DNA of 64,000 bases from Octopus bimaculoides (lineage: Eukaryota), in contig NC_068982.1 of NCBI RefSeq assembly GCF_001194135.2, forward strand, positions 109,102,177 through 109,166,176, read 5' to 3'. Shown piece by piece: positions 1-14,307 of the stretch. Position 1 is the first letter of the stretch, and the number at the start of each line of letters is the position of its first letter. Both the position numbers and the translations under genes were made by a program. The notes under the pieces are model-generated. The model was given only the letters and a program-made list of their open reading frames with translations. It did not search any database and was not told the DNA's origin.

Positions 1-1374
1 TTGTGTGAGCTGTAGAGGGATTTATCTAGGAAGATAGTTTTGGTCACCCGCTTTGCTATCTCAGATAGGTTAGGGCGTTGTACCGTTTCACCCTAACTAG
101 AACTAGTGGATAAGTTAGCCGATATGGTTTACTGGAAGTTCAGACAGATTGTGCTGGCGAGAGGAGGGACTGGAATACATTTGTACTAAATCAATACAAT
201 CAATAGTTAAACAACTTTATTTGCTCATTATAGCATTCTAGATTTTATGTGATTAACAGAAACTCTGTTATATCACAGAAATAAAAGTTTATATAGTTTT
301 AATATAGCATGTGACTCAGAGCAGTTTTAATTGGAGTATTATATTCATGTGTAGTTATGTGAATTGTAATTGTGACAAGTCTTGTGAGACAGAAAATAAG
401 TTTTGTAATCAGGATCTGTGAATAAGTTTTGGGTATTGAGCCTGTGATTGCATATTGTCAGGAATTCTTGGATAAAGTTTAAAAGTTGTTTTTGTTATCG
501 ATTGTGTTTTTTACTTTATCTATACTTCATAAGTTTGATATTTTGTAGCAGAGAAAAGTCGGTAATAAGAACAAAATCAAATGGTGAAAATAAAATGAGA
601 AACACAAAACCTAGAGTAGCAGAATTTGACCGACTCCACTCAATCACTCATATTTGTAGTTTTCCTTTCGCTCTTACGCTCACACTTTCAAATAATAAAA
701 TCAACAAGTTACGAATTGATTAAAACAAGGGAGGTCACTATCGTAATATTATACCATAGTAATGTCCCTTCGTAAGAGCTTTTTTTTTGTGTGTATGTAT
801 ATAATTTGCATGAGGTGTTTGTGTAACATTGCGTGATTCCATATCCATATTTTATGTAAAGAATTTAGAGTGCAAAATTATTATTTTTCTTTTTTACTGT
901 TTCACATTTATGTGTCCGTACTCGTGTGTTAGATGTTATTCGTACAAATGCGGAGTTGCTCTTTCCTGACTGCTCTGTTATGGCGGGGAATTATAATCTG
1001 TATATTGTTATTAGAACACAACAGCATTCATGCCTTGCCCAAGGGTAAATACATACAACTTCTGTAATGAAGTTTGAACTCAAGACAATGTGGTCAGTAG
1101 GTCATCACGTTAAACTCTAAATTTGATATGCTTATTATACTTCGAATTGCTTGTGCCTATATTCCCCACTTATGAATTGTTAATACATTATTTTTTGTAA
1201 GTTTTAGTAAAATTGTTCTGAAAGTCCAGGTGTTTGCATTTATCTCAGCTTACTGTGAGACTTAACTGTCCTTAGCTAGTTTGTAGTTAGCAATAATATT
1301 TTAATTTGCTTTTGTCTTTAACTGATGAGCTGCCTTGCTATTGTGCCAATGTTCTGATTATATAATAGATATCA

Positions 1375-1609
1375 TCATCATCATTTCACCATCCATTTTT
1401 CCATGCTTGAATGGGTTCGAAGGAATTTATTCAGACAGATTCTCTACAGCCTGATGCTCTTCTTTTCATCAGCCCTCACCGATTTTCAAGCAAGGTAACA
1501 TTTCCTCATGGCCAGACATATTTTCATGGAATATTGGAAAAGAATGACAGTGACTATCATTTGCAACTATTGGGCTGTGTCAAGACAAGGTCTCTCTCTC
1601 TCTCTATCT

Positions 1610-1654
<45 letters not shown>

Positions 1655-1700
1655 AATCACACACACACACACACAGGCTTCTTTCAGTCTTCATTATATT
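1375..1700 (-). mobile_element. SINE family A, 3' part
   Basis: Homologous to 8470-8800; ends in (CT)n(CA)n. Confidence 0.6.
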
Positions 1701-1920
1701 TGAACGATCATTGTAATTGTTTTGAGAGTGTTTAATTTTGTTTTGCACAAAAATAAACATCAATAGCTAATATAGAATTATGGGAACAAGTTTTTCTGTA
1801 GAAACATTTCCATAACAAAGATAAGTTTAAAGCATAATAATATTAAAACAAAGAATAAAATATATATAGACTCAATTTATACATGAACAATTGAACTTGA
1901 GCATTTCGGTTCAATGTCTC

Positions 1921-1971
1921 TCTCTGTCTGGGTAACCTCTCTGTCTGGGTAACCTCTCTGTCTGGGTAACC
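1921..1971 (+). repeat. 17-bp tandem repeat x3 (tctctgtctgggtaacc)
   Basis: Three exact copies. Confidence 0.9.
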
Positions 1972-1974
1972 ATA

Positions 1975-2397
1975 TACCTCCTCTACAGCAAGACTTCTGT
2001 TTTCTGTCTCTCTGTCACACTCTAATCTTTCATCATATGATACAAGATCATCTCCTCCAATGCCCCACCCCTCTCAAAGATTCCTTGGTGACACTACTAG
2101 TGCAGGTGCCACTTAAAAAGTACCCAGTCCACACTGTAAAGTGGTTGGCATTTGGAAGGGTATCCTGCTGTAAAAACCATGTCAAAATTGATCTCACCTG
2201 TGCAAATGCCAAGTAAAAAGCACTCAGCTCACTCTGCAGAGTGGTTGATGTTAGGAAGGGCATCCAGCCATAAAAACCATACCAAAACAGACATAAAAAC
2301 ATGGTTCAGGCTCCTGCCTGGCCAACTTCTGTCAAACTATCCAACCCATGCCAGCATAGAAGAATGACGTTAAACGATGATGATGATGATGATGATG
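1975..2397 (+). mobile_element. SINE/LINE 3' fragment with RTE-type tail and (GAT)n
   Basis: Ends ccaacccatgccagcat...gacgttaaacgatgatgatg; internal duplication of gagtggttg..ttaggaagggcatcc. Confidence 0.65.
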
Positions 2398-4034
2398 TTC
2401 AGCTCACAAAATGACCCATCTGTTTGTGTTGTATAGCAATAATAGTAACTGATGATACTTTCATTCTCTGTGTATCTTTTTTACATTTTTGTGGGCAGGA
2501 CAAACAGAGAATATGACATACTGCCAGTTATGTTAATGCATCAAGTATATATTTCTATTAGTATTTACCTTTCATCTTTTTGGTGTCAATAAAATAAGTA
2601 CCAGTCAAGTATAGGTGCCCCATTTAGAAATCAATTTTGAGATAATTATACTAAATATATCATGCCCTGAATGATGGAACGAGGAGAATATGGAAGTTGT
2701 AGGTATTATAACTAAGTAAGCTTCTTAATTTATGTAGCTGTGTTTGGTCATGTGTTGGGCCATAATTTATTTCTGGTTACTTATTGTTCTGCAACTCCTG
2801 GTTAGTTTTTCCCCAAGATGTGTACATCCTGGTTTTTAGGATAAGCATACCATATCCTTTTGTGCTGTAAGGGGCAACAAGAATGGTTGTTATCAGGAAG
2901 ACCATCTAACCATAAATCTCTCCTCCTCAAAATCCCATGTGGCTTTTGAGGAAGGGCTGATGTAAAGATAATGATGTGACTATCTTGTCTCCCTAGATAT
3001 TAAGGATAAGACAGTTCAAAATATACTTTCTTTTATCAAGATGGTAGAATGTGATTTAGGGAAATTTTGACTACTATTTCTTGCAAGTCAAGTGAATACA
3101 AAAGAAGCAAATTTTTTTTAAGGGGAGTGTTCTGTGGGGAGTGTTGACTTATTTGTTGATTGTAATCTTAGTGGTGATTGTATATTTATATTAGTGGTCA
3201 CTGTATATTTATATTAATGTTATCCCAGCAAATATAAGGAAAATCTAAAGTGTGCAGTGTTATATGAAACATTCCTTAAAAATAATAAGCTACTGAGAAA
3301 AGTTAAACTTAAGAAAGAACAAGCATACTTCAACTTTCTCTGTTTTGAAAAGTAATATCACACATTAAGTGACTTGATTGTAAAGTGATACTTATTAAAA
3401 TATATGTATTACAATCTAAAGTGAAATTCCTTAAAATATTAATTTAAACACTTTACACTGTGTCAAAGTAAATTTTGGTTTTGCCTACTATAACATCTAA
3501 TTTTTTTTCTTTTTGGCATGAAAACTATATTGATTTATTTTGAGATGCTGAGTGGTAATAATAATAAGCTTGGGGCTAATTAGAAATAGTGCTAATTAAA
3601 ATGATTATATCTAATTAATAGTAATGTTAAGCACTACACTTGATGATGATGATGCTTAGTATTTTCCTAGAAAAAAAAATTAAAACATTCTATCAAAACC
3701 TCAATCTAAACAGTAAGACATGACGTAAGTAAAATCATTGTAAACAATGCCCCTTTGTAAGAAGTTTGAAATATTTAAATGTTTTTTTATAATGCCTTAC
3801 TAACTTTAAATTCTATCTTTTTCTCTGGCCTATGAAAAGCCTCACACCAATAAAAGAACATTTAATAGGAGGAATTTTTAGTTTTTTCAAAATCAGGAAA
3901 TGGAAGAACTCTTTGCTTTCTTGAGATACAATCTTTGATGATCAGCTTATTTATTATATATTGTTAAATCTATATTACTAGTAAGTTATTAATATTTATA
4001 TTTGTTTTTCATTTTCAGAGGCAGTTTTTTGACA

Positions 4035-4065
4035 ATGTGGCCATGGAAGAAGGAAAAACCACCAG
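4035..4065 (+). CDS. ATP8B: Candidate N-terminal coding exon 1a (MWPWKKEKPP-E); exon 4019-4065
   Basis: Strong acceptor tttgtttttcattttcag ends at 4018. ATG at 4035 has A at -3. The phase-1 donor CAG|gtatat matches the phase of exon 31847. The resulting short N-terminus resembles short ATP8B isoforms. Confidence 0.65.
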
Positions 4066-4604
4066 GTATATTTTATCATACATTGCACCCTCCCGAACTT
4101 TTCATATTCTAACAGCAGTTGTATTTTTTTTACAATCTTAAGAAGTATATAAGTTCTTCTAAGGAAGTTCTGTCTTTAATGGTGTTTTATATATTCTTAT
4201 ATTTTTTTCTGGTATCAACCATTTGGCTGTAGCTTTGATGGGGCTCAGCCATATGGGATATTTGAGTTGGGAATTGCTTAAGAAAAGTTGGCTATTAATA
4301 TAAACAACTGGTTTTACATGAAAGACATGAAAAGAATGTCTCCTCCTTTAGAATGAGACATGGTTGAGTTGTAGCTACAAAATATTGTAAATTCATTAAA
4401 CATGTCATGTGTTGAAGCTGTAAAATAAAATATCCAGTTATAAAACATCTGAGAAATTAAATATCTTATTTTTATATATTTAGTCAATATGTACATACAA
4501 AAAAAAAAGCAAAGCAAAAACAAGCTTCCCTCTCCTAAATCAAAACAAATAAAAAACAATGGCAAAAACAGCAAAAAACAATAGAAACGTTTTCAGAATA
4601 AAAA

Positions 4605-5030
4605 GGCATAGCTGTGTGATTAAGAAGTTTAATCTGCAACCACATGGTTTCAGGTTCAGTCCTACTGTGTGGCACCTTGGTCAAGTATCTTCTATTATAA
4701 CCTCTGGCTGATCAATGCCTTGTGAGTGGACTTGTGCGATGGAAACTGAAAGAAGCCCATCATATATATACGTATGTGTGTGTCACTATATGTGTGTGTT
4801 TGTATCACTTTACTTATCTTGATGTTGTATGATTGTTGTAAATGAATGTCATTTATTTCCAATATTCTGCACCTGTCTGGCATGGGAGGATTATTACCTT
4901 GCTTGGAAACAAGTAAGGTTTAGTGACATGAAGGGTATCTGGACTTAGAAAATCTACCTCAATAAACTCCAGCTGACCCAAGCAGGCATGGGAAAATGGG
5001 TGTTTAAATGATGCTAATGATGATGATAAC
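4605..5030 (+). mobile_element. tRNA-derived SINE family A
   Basis: Head with A/B-box-like motifs (gctgtgtg...ggttcagtcc), ggaaactgaaagaagccc core, microsatellite, (GAT)n tail. Confidence 0.75.
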
Positions 5031-8000
5031 AGTAATCATTTGAAAAATCTTCTAGGTTTAGGGATAGTGGACAAGAATTAGCTTTCTGACTGCTGGTCAA
5101 GCTTGGAGTGAGGAAGTCAACTTATTATAAATATATTTATAAGAAATAGAAATTGTATATGGGGTTTGGTATTTGAAATATTTGAAACATAAGAAATTGA
5201 GACAGTATTTATCTAAATACTTTGTTTAGTTGCACTTTTCTTTTTAAATCCAGGTTATTTTTGTCGTAAATCTGTCTAGAGTTGATAAAATGAGGTGCAG
5301 TGATTTGCAGATGTCAAATAAATCTTATTCCACAACTTAAGTTGTTTTTACTTTAGAATGTCAAAATGACCAAAAAAAAAAAAGCAATATTTAAACCAGT
5401 GGTTGCATGCTAAATCTAATGTTTCAATGTTGAGTGTTAAATTCAGTGTTTTTATATTTTTAAACACTTTATTTTTAATTTTCTCATTTGTAGTTATTAA
5501 ATTACACTTCACTTCATTTTAATTAACATTTAGTATAAAATGTGTGTGTGAGTTTATAAGAGATGTTGCCATCTAACTAGAGGTAAATTGAGGATTTATC
5601 AGCTGTTGCATTGTGCTCATCACAGATGATGTCTACATCAAGTAGAGCATTCTGTCCAAACTAACTAATTGGTGTTTCATCTTCATTGTGATTGGGTATT
5701 GATTTTATTTCACATTGTGTTTGTGTATATGTACATTTTTTGTTTGTTTTCATCTTCCTTCATCATGTGTCTATATCTTGTCATAGAAATACACACCTGT
5801 CAGTTAACATATTTATATTACACACACACATACACATACAAACAAACATTGAATATTTTCATGTCATAACCTGATTTGTTTGTTGTCCATCAGAACAAGT
5901 TTTATCTTGAAATCTATGTCTGGATTAATTGATGTAAATTGAACTGTCTCATACACCCACCCACAGGTTTTGTATGTGTGTGATATACATACAAATATCA
6001 TGTTTGCTTCAAGCTACTGATTTAATTTTGACATGGAGGAATCTAAAGGAGGAAACACTAGAAGTGTTTGTTATTATAACAGTTTATATTCCTGAGATAA
6101 CTTTTGATATTACCAAAGATGGTAGTTGGAGTTTCTTTAAAATGCCTATATTAATTTTTTTTTCCATGCTAGCATGGGTGGGATTGTTCTGGTAAGATTG
6201 AATTTTTGTGTATTTTTGCAGAAGTAGTTTTTACACCTCAAAATTATTATTGTTTAACCCCGAGTTAACTTTGATTAAAGCAGGTATATGATCAAAGGGA
6301 TTCAAGCTGTGACCATTCTGTCTTTTTAGTAGCACCCAGGACTATGTTATCTAATGTGTTCTTTCCTTATTTAAAATGGTTGGGTGTGGTTTGGGGGAGA
6401 TTCGGGTGCTATTTGTAGCAAGTCAGATATGTAGAGGGACCTTTGACACCTAAAAGTTGTTCCTACTGCTAATCAGTAGTCAAGAAGTAGATGTGAATAT
6501 TGTCAGTTTGGAAAAGGGGAAAGCAGTGTTTTGTTCAAGAGAATAGGTGAAATGTTATAAAGTTTGAACTTCCCAACACCTCATTAATTACAACATTCTT
6601 CTTTGTGAAAGTGAGCAACTCATAGTTGTGTACAATGATGGAGGAATTTAAACATTCACAGTCTTTATCCTTAGAATTCATTTGCCTCAAGTTGGTTGTA
6701 TGAAAATAGAATTTAGATTTAACAGTTCGGGGTCAAAGTAAAATAGTTGAATGCAATTTGATGAAAGGCCAACCTCTCTTTTTTGTTTCCGTCAATTGAA
6801 TCATGCTCTTAGCAAAATACAAAGCTCAGAATTGTCTATTATATAGCTACCATTAAAGAGGTTTACTTTGAACTGAGCCACTTAAAATAACATAATATAT
6901 TTTGATGAAGCTGTTGAACTTACAACAGGATACTTTTGCTACTGCCCACTACTCAGTTTTGAAGTAGTAGAACCTATTTTCGGTGGACCACAGACACTGT
7001 TTATATGCACAACTCAGTGGCTGTTGCAGTGATGTTTATTCATAACCATATATATATGTTGACAACAGTGCTACACCTTAACTTCATAACAAATACATGT
7101 GTGTGTGTGTGTGTATATATATAAGTTCAATTAAAGGTTAAAAACCTCATTAAGGAATAATAAAATCCAATGAATATACTGGTTTATTACCTATCATAAA
7201 AAATATTGAATATTATACTTAATATTCAACTGTAAGGTAATTGGATAAACTGGGGTTTATATATATTTTAACAAATAAGAAAATAGCGATAATTAAATTA
7301 ATAATTGTTAATTACAAAATTGGACATCATCTCTGACAGCTGTTTCAATTCAAGACTCTAGAAATTAATTAGTATAGTTAAAAAAATTTTAAAGTTGAAT
7401 CTATTGGTGGTAGAAAAAGATATACTCTTACATTTTCATCCCTGTAACCTAACAGTTCAGCAAAAGAGACCAATCCAATAAGTACCAGGCTTAACAAAAA
7501 AGTATTGGGCTCAATTCAGTTGACTAAAAGTTCTTCAATGTGGTGCCCCAGCATGGCCATAATGACTGAGATAAGGAAAATATATATATACATATCATGC
7601 TGGCTTAAATAGATCTATACCACTTTCTATTGAGCAGTACAGTAAATGATTATTATTTGTGGAGTTAGTTAAGGTTTATTCGTTTAGTAGTGAGATACCA
7701 TTGTTATTTTGGATAATACTGGTATCTCACTACACAGATAATTTTCACCATAAATAAATACATGGAGTTGTATTTCTGTATAGTCAGGAAGTTTCACAAT
7801 TTCCTACAGGGGTTGCTGCTTGTTCAAATGAAATACAATATTTGAGGTATTTTCTTGTGAGGTAAATGCTGTTGCTGAACCAGGAATAGGTTTTACTTAA
7901 AAAAAAAAAAGAAAAATCCCTGATGGTGTTAAATCATGTGGTAGACTAACTTTAGGAAATTCTTTAGAATTCTTTCTCATTTAAAAAGAACCAAAACAAA

Positions 8001-8464
8001 TCTACCATGGTTCTTGTGTGATGTTTGAAAGGCAATATAAAGAGTAGGTTAGGTGATACATAGTTATTTTCAACACATTCATCGATAAATGAATAATTAT
8101 TGCTTTTCACAAGTCTATGATGATAATCCTAATTATTAATACTAAAAATCTATATAAACAGCAAAAATGAGTTTTTAATGAGTTTCTATGAAATCTGGTT
8201 CTGTTGAAGCTTCATAAGAAATATATTCTCTTAACTTTTTGCGTATTCATATTATTGTTGGATTTAAGGTAACCAATATATTACTCCGAAATATTCACCA
8301 AAGTTGTTGGTTTTTGCCATCATTAAAGGGACATAACAGTAAATTAGAATATGCGATGGTAGATAATTCTTGTCTATTTATAAGTTTATTTCACTGTCAT
8401 TTGACAACCTTTTGATGAAGAATGTTTTTAAATAATGGAATTTTTTTTAAAGATGAAATTTTGC

Positions 8465-8930
8465 AATTTAGTTATCATCATCATCACCACCTTAACACCC
8501 ACCTTCCCATGTGCACATGGATCAAATAGAATTTGTCAAGGCAGATTTTCTATAGCCAGATTCCCTTCCTGCTGTCAGCCCTCACCTGTTTCCAAGTGTG
8601 GTAATATTTCTCCATGACCAGACATGGCACAGAAGGTTAGGAACAAAGGATGCCACTTGCATAACAGTGACACATGCTTACAACTATCATATGGTGCCAA
8701 AGCAAGGAGACAGGTAGTAACACATGCACATACGTGTACACACACACACACACACACATATATATATGATGGGCTTCTTTCAGTTTCTGTCTACCAAATC
8801 CACTTATAAGGCTTTGGTCAGCCTGGAGCTGTAGTAGAAGGCACTTGACCAAGGTGCCACACTGTTGGAATGAACCCAAAACTACATGGCTGGGAAGCAA
8901 ACTTCTTGCTACACAATCATGTCTGTGCCT
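8465..8930 (-). mobile_element. tRNA-derived SINE family A
   Basis: Reverse-complement homologue of 4605-5030. Confidence 0.75.
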
Positions 8931-9611
8931 ATAATCCCTTAAAAATATTTTCAATGTTAGTTTAGTGAAAGTTATACTAATGTGAGAAAGACCACCACTA
9001 CCACCACCACCACCTCTTGTGGCTGCTGCTGTTGTTTTTGAAGCCATTAAGATTTTTTTAAATGGTGAATAAAATTGAATGAGTGGATTGTTGTAAGTCT
9101 CATGCTTGAGGATTTAGTTGTTTGAATACCTGCTCATTGAATTGGCACTTAAGAGGCAGAACATTCCACAGGCACATGTATCTTTAACATAATTCTTAGG
9201 CAGAATCAGAGTCACATAGTGTGACAAGGCCAAACCTTTCACTTACAGGGTACAGTCCATCTGACAAATTTCCTATCAGTTTTCAGTTATCTAATATCAC
9301 TGACAAAGCATAAGTTGGCCTGAAGCTATGGTAAAAGAGACCTGCCTAAGATGACACCCTGTGGGATTGAACACTGGACTTTTTGATTTACATACCTTCA
9401 TGTTCCTCTCTATCAAAATACGGTTTAGATCATAAAAACTAAACATTTTCTTTCTTTTACAAGATATAGAAAAGAAACTATAACCTGTTTAATAAATCTT
9501 TGATGTTATTTCATTTATTATTTCTCCCCATCAAGTTTTACTTATGTTACTAAAGTGTAATTCAGAGGAGCAGCTGAGTATTTTTCAGTTTCTGGAATTG
9601 AAAATTATATC

Positions 9612-9613
9612 TC

Positions 9614-9672
<59 letters not shown>
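9612..9672. repeat. (TG)n(TA)n microsatellite
   Basis: Direct reading. Confidence 0.95.
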
Positions 9673-9674
<2 letters not shown>

Positions 9675-10016
9675 GAAGGTTTGGAGGTGATGTACAGGAA
9701 TTATAAATTAGAAAAAAAATTAAGGTACTCAGAAATCTGGATGGTTGTACATTAACAGATTTTTATTAATATGTCACATCTTTTATAAATCATATAAAAG
9801 ATGTGACATATTNNNNNNNNNNNNNNNNNNNNNNNNNNNNNNNNNNNNNNNNNNNNNNNNNNNNNNNNNNNNNNNNNNNNNNNNNNNNNNNNNNNNNNNN
9901 NNNNNNNNNNNNNNNNNNNNNNNNNNNNNNNNNNNNNNNNNNNNNNNNNNNNNNNNNNNNNNNNNNNNNNNNNNNNNNNNNNNNNNNNNNNNNNNNNNNN
10001 ATATATATATAATTTA

Positions 10017-10450
10017 TGGTGTGCAAGAGAGAAGACTGCACTGGTATGGCCATGTAATGCATATGGATGAAGACAGCTGCATAAAAAAATTGTGGAGAGA
10101 ACTTGTGGAGGGATAGACTCAGGAAGACATGGGATGAAGTGGTGAAAAAGGATCCTCAGATGTTGGGCTTCACTCAGCAAATGACAAAGGAAAGAGACTT
10201 CTGGTGATTTGCTGTGATTGAGAAGACATGTCAAGCTAAGTAAAATCATGACCATCCATACATACAGGCATGTCCTTATGGCCATGTCCTTCACTCTCTA
10301 TCTCAGCCGAGAGGTCCTTGTCTTGCAGGCCCGTAGGTGCTGTTGTCACGTAAAAAGTACCTGTTTCAGTGTTGCATAAAAAGTACCTGTGCTGGTGACA
10401 CATATAGAGCACCTGTGCTTGTGTCACATGCCCGTGCCACATATAAAGCA
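10017..10450 (+). mobile_element. RTE LINE 3' fragment (same family as 21930-25820)
   Basis: GVQERRLHWYGHVMHMDEDSCIKK...RKTWDEVVK followed by the family 3' UTR. Confidence 0.85.
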
Positions 10451-10479
10451 GCTATAGAAAGTTTAAAAGGTAGAAGTGA

Positions 10480-11150
10480 GACAGTTGTAGCCAATGGTGC
10501 TCTCTGAGGAGACATCAATTCTCAGCAGATTTCCTCAGGGGAATGTAATGAGACCTCTACTGTTTGTGGTAGCTCTTTCAGACATGCCCCCAGTCATGCA
10601 GTCAGACACTTTCACCAGCTATGCAGATGATATGAGAGTATTGCAGGTGGTCAAGGACACTGATGACACCCTAGAACAGTAAAAAAAAAAAAAAATCTGA
10701 ATATTAGTATATAAGCGGGCTTATTAAAATAAAATCCAGTTCAATGCTTAGAAGTTTCAAGCGCTCTACTATCAGCAATTGGAATATACAGGAACAGGGA
10801 GTAGTGCCGTCCTAGAGTTAGAGTTGATCTCTGACAGGGGAATCCACATGAATAATGATTCAACATTTCATGTGCATATTACTAAGATGGCAACACTGTG
10901 CAGGTGAGTAGCTGGTTGGATTCTGAAATCATTCAGATCAAGGAAGAAGAATACCAGGCTACTCTTATTGAGAACATTTTTTCAGTCATGTGGTTTATTG
11001 CTGCTCTCAACTGTGGTCACCACAAAGTATCAAATTAACAGTGGACCTCCATGCATTCCAATGCCACTACACAAAGAAGTTTGGTGAAACAGTCCAGCTA
11101 CCAGGAGAGGCTAAAAGAACTGAAGCTTTACTCCTAGAAAGAAGCTGCTT
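10480..11150 (+). mobile_element. CR1/Jockey-like LINE RT fragment, 5' part
   Basis: FPQGNVMRPLLFVVALSDMP...SYADDMRV, YCCSQLWSP, LKLYSLERS; frameshifted. Confidence 0.75.
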
Positions 11151-11164
11151 GCTTGCTTCATTCT

Positions 11165-11900
11165 TTTGCAGGTTTGTCGTCTCAGAGGCATCATCATGCA
11201 TAGAATCAACCTGGTCAACCAGTGCTCCCCATTACTGGCGGTCCCATACCAGCCACTTCTCAAGATGATGTTGAGCTTCTGGAGATCTTCTTTAATCATG
11301 TCCGCTGTGCTGAATGAGAGTAAGGCCCTGGTAGGATGATCTAGCAGGAGGCAGAGGGCATATCTGTTCTAGCGCATGTGGCAGATAGCTATGAAGTGGG
11401 AGATTGTGGACTGATGCTTGTATACATACATTTCTTAATTGGAAATATGATTGCACCATCTGATGTTCTTGATGGTTCTCAGGACTCTACTATTAAAGCT
11501 GTTGATCCTCTTTGCCATGGGGCCATGAGAGGTCGTGTTTCTGCTCCATAGAAGTGATCAGAGAAGACCAATGCATTGTAGATGTGGAGCTTTGTTTTCC
11601 AGGTGATAAAGCAGTGGTGCCAAAGGGGCTCCCATAGGGGGTACATAACACCAGCAACCAGATAACATTTATGTTAGATCTCTGAGGTCAGGTCTCCATT
11701 GTTGATGACTGTGGAGCCCAGGTAGATGAAAGAGCTGACAAACTTCATGATGTTGGAGCCAATAAGGAGAGGGAGAGAGTCTGGGCCATCACTGATATGC
11801 ATCAACTTGGTCTTTGCCCAACAAACCTGAGGGCCAAGCTTTGCTGATTCCTCTGAGTATATGGTCAATCGAGTTGCTGAATAGGGTGTATTGTCTGCAT
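11165..11900 (-). mobile_element. Second RTE-like LINE RT C-terminal fragment nested in the CR1-like element
   Basis: KLGPQVCWAKTKLM, FIYLGSTV.NNGDLTSEI, TKLHIYNALV...YGAET. Confidence 0.75.
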
Positions 11901-12003
11901 ACTCCAGGTAGTGATGAAGTAGTGATGATGTATATTATATACATATATATACATATATATACATCCAGGTAGTGATGATGTATATATATATATATATATA
12001 TGA

Positions 12004-12420
12004 AAGATCCTGGATGGTCTAGCTCCCAACTTTGGTATTGAAACTGGATGTCACTGCATAGTACTAAACATCCTGTCCTCTCCATCTAGAGTAAGGACAG
12101 AGTACTGTAACAACTTGGGTTTCAAGGGCCCACAGCTTTTCAACATTTTGTTAAACAGTCTCAGAAATTGGTGATGTAGATGTGGGTGTTTTTAAAGAAC
12201 ATTAGGACAAATTTTTACCTGAGTTACCAGATGAACTCACATCATAGCAGGAAACATAAAGAGCAGCTCTGTCTAACACACTACTTCACCAGAGATGCTT
12301 ATGAAGAGAAGGTCAAGAGTAGTGTTTCTGCATGGCCACAGACTCTGGCTAAAACCAGTAAAAATAAAGTATTTGACAGCAAAGAAAAATGTATTTGAAT
12401 GAATCAACATCTGATTAATC
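12004..12420 (+). mobile_element. CR1/Jockey-like LINE, 3' continuation
   Basis: KILDGLAPNFG...SRVRTEYCNNLGFKGPQLFNIL...DKFL.ELPDE; follows on from the LERS end of the 5' part. Confidence 0.65.
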
Positions 12421-13940
12421 ACTATGCTTGGATTTCATGAAATTGTTTTTCTGAATGATCCTGCCATCCATATCTTAAAACACTTGCATGGTTGATTTGT
12501 CATGACAGCACTTCTGTATATTACTCCGTACACTCATATCTACTGAAGCTCATCTGCTTTTTTAGGAAAGCACCATGAAGTTTGTGTTTGTTCCCTTCAT
12601 GCTGTTTTTAACCTTATTTCTTTTCCAGGTTTGAAACATTTCATTTAATTTAGGTTACTAATGTGAATGTGTGAACATTCAATATTTCACTTGTTCCATC
12701 CCTTAGGCAATTTCAGATTTCAGGTTTCCTGTCTGTGAGTTCAACTGTGGTAAACAACTTGAAGGATTGGTTTTCATAAGTCTGGTGGGCAGTGTTTGTT
12801 GTTCATAGTAATGACAGTTTATTTTGTTTACAGAAAAAATAAATATATTTTTTTTATAAAGAACCTCTAACAACTTTCAGTGTTCTTTATTGTATCAGAT
12901 ATATTTCTGATATAGGTATTAGTGAATTTTGGCTTGTTTAAATTAGACACATTTCTGTGCTTGTAAATACATTGATGTACCCACACCGTCTCTTTTATCT
13001 TCTCTCATTGTGTTTGTTTGTGTTTGTATAAATGGTTTCTTTGTTTTCTTTTCTGTTGAAAATTTTATTAATTCATTACTTTCACTATTTTTTTCTAATA
13101 ATTCTCCAGAGCTTTTCTTTGATCATAGATATGTCCAAAATAATGTTAAATTTTTACAATACTTTATTTTGCGGTACTGTATGTAGTCATAATCACCTAC
13201 TCTGTTGTGAGCTAACTTCTGGGATTAATTGCATTTTGCATCATTGAACACATTATCAATATATATTAGTTAAACCTTTGTTTATGTAACTACTTTTTTA
13301 TTCAAAAATTGTATATATTTGTTCTTTATCAAGCACTGCTATCACAGGTGGCTTATCTGAAAAAAACTATGGTTACACATCCTTGAACAAACTCAAACTG
13401 CATTCTCTCTGTATTAGTTTTGCTGTAACTCTCTCTACTACCTTCATTACTTAATACATTAGTGCTAATGTCCCTTTACTCTATGCATTTCCTTTAATTT
13501 TGTTGCTGGTTTTCTAGTTAATTTGTTTTATTGGTTAGATATGTAATGAGTGTTAACCCAACTCCCATCCAGAGGCTTTTAGCATCTCATCAGATATCTC
13601 ATGAAGCCCTTTCTCTGTATTTGTAGATTTACTTGCATTATCCACCATCTCATTAATCTGACCATTTTATCAGCTGCGTGTAGAGCTTGGTTATCTCTTT
13701 GTCCTGTGCATTTATGTAAATACAGGTGTATGTGTGTAGATTCAGCATTACAAGATGGGGAGTGTAACACACAGACACTCGTATACATTTAATAACAAAC
13801 TCCAAATAATTCCAAAGATCAGCCCATGTCTTGATGACTGCTTCACTTACCCATCAACCTGAACGGAGTAAGAGCCTCACCTTTCTGCTGATATATTGAT
13901 GAAAGTACATACATAATTTTTTTTTCTTTGTGACTAATTG

Positions 13941-13946
13941 TCAGTC
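13941..13946 (+). promoter_or_regulatory. Possible initiator (TCAGTC) of an internal promoter upstream of candidate exon 1b
   Basis: Matches the protostome Inr consensus TCAKTY. It is followed by non-repetitive sequence and donor-like sites at 14025 (AAG|gtaact) and 14165 (ATG|gtgagt). A 6-mer is weak evidence. Confidence 0.2.
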
Positions 13947-14307
13947 AAGTTTTTCTCGCTGCTGCTTAAGTGTTGTAAGCAGCAACAAGTGAGGTGTTTG
14001 GTCAGCATTGTCTGCGTTGTTAAGGTAACTCATTTCTTCATCTCGTCTATAACTGGCAAGCAGTTTGAAGAACACCTGTTTAGAGAACACCTACTGCTGA
14101 TGTGGCACTCTTGTTCCTATCATCGTTGTTGTTGGTGCTGCTGCTGTCACTGATGGGGATGATGGTGAGTTTGGGGCAGCACCTTGTAATTTTGAGAAAT
14201 TTACCTACAGTTGCATGCTGCTAACTTCGAGTTCTTTGTGTACTGCTTTTGTATTCACTTCACATGTTGCTACCTGGTAGACTAATTATTTTGATCTCAG
14301 TGGAAAT

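Noticed and set aside
1-735. Possibly LTR-like or repeat-derived sequence at the window start, including ORF 448-723
   Set aside because: No termini, partner copy or coding motif is identifiable within the window.
13829-13895. C/D-box snoRNA-like layout (TTGATGA ... CTGA ... CTGA)
   Set aside because: Imperfect C box, weak terminal stem and no recognisable rRNA-complementary guide.
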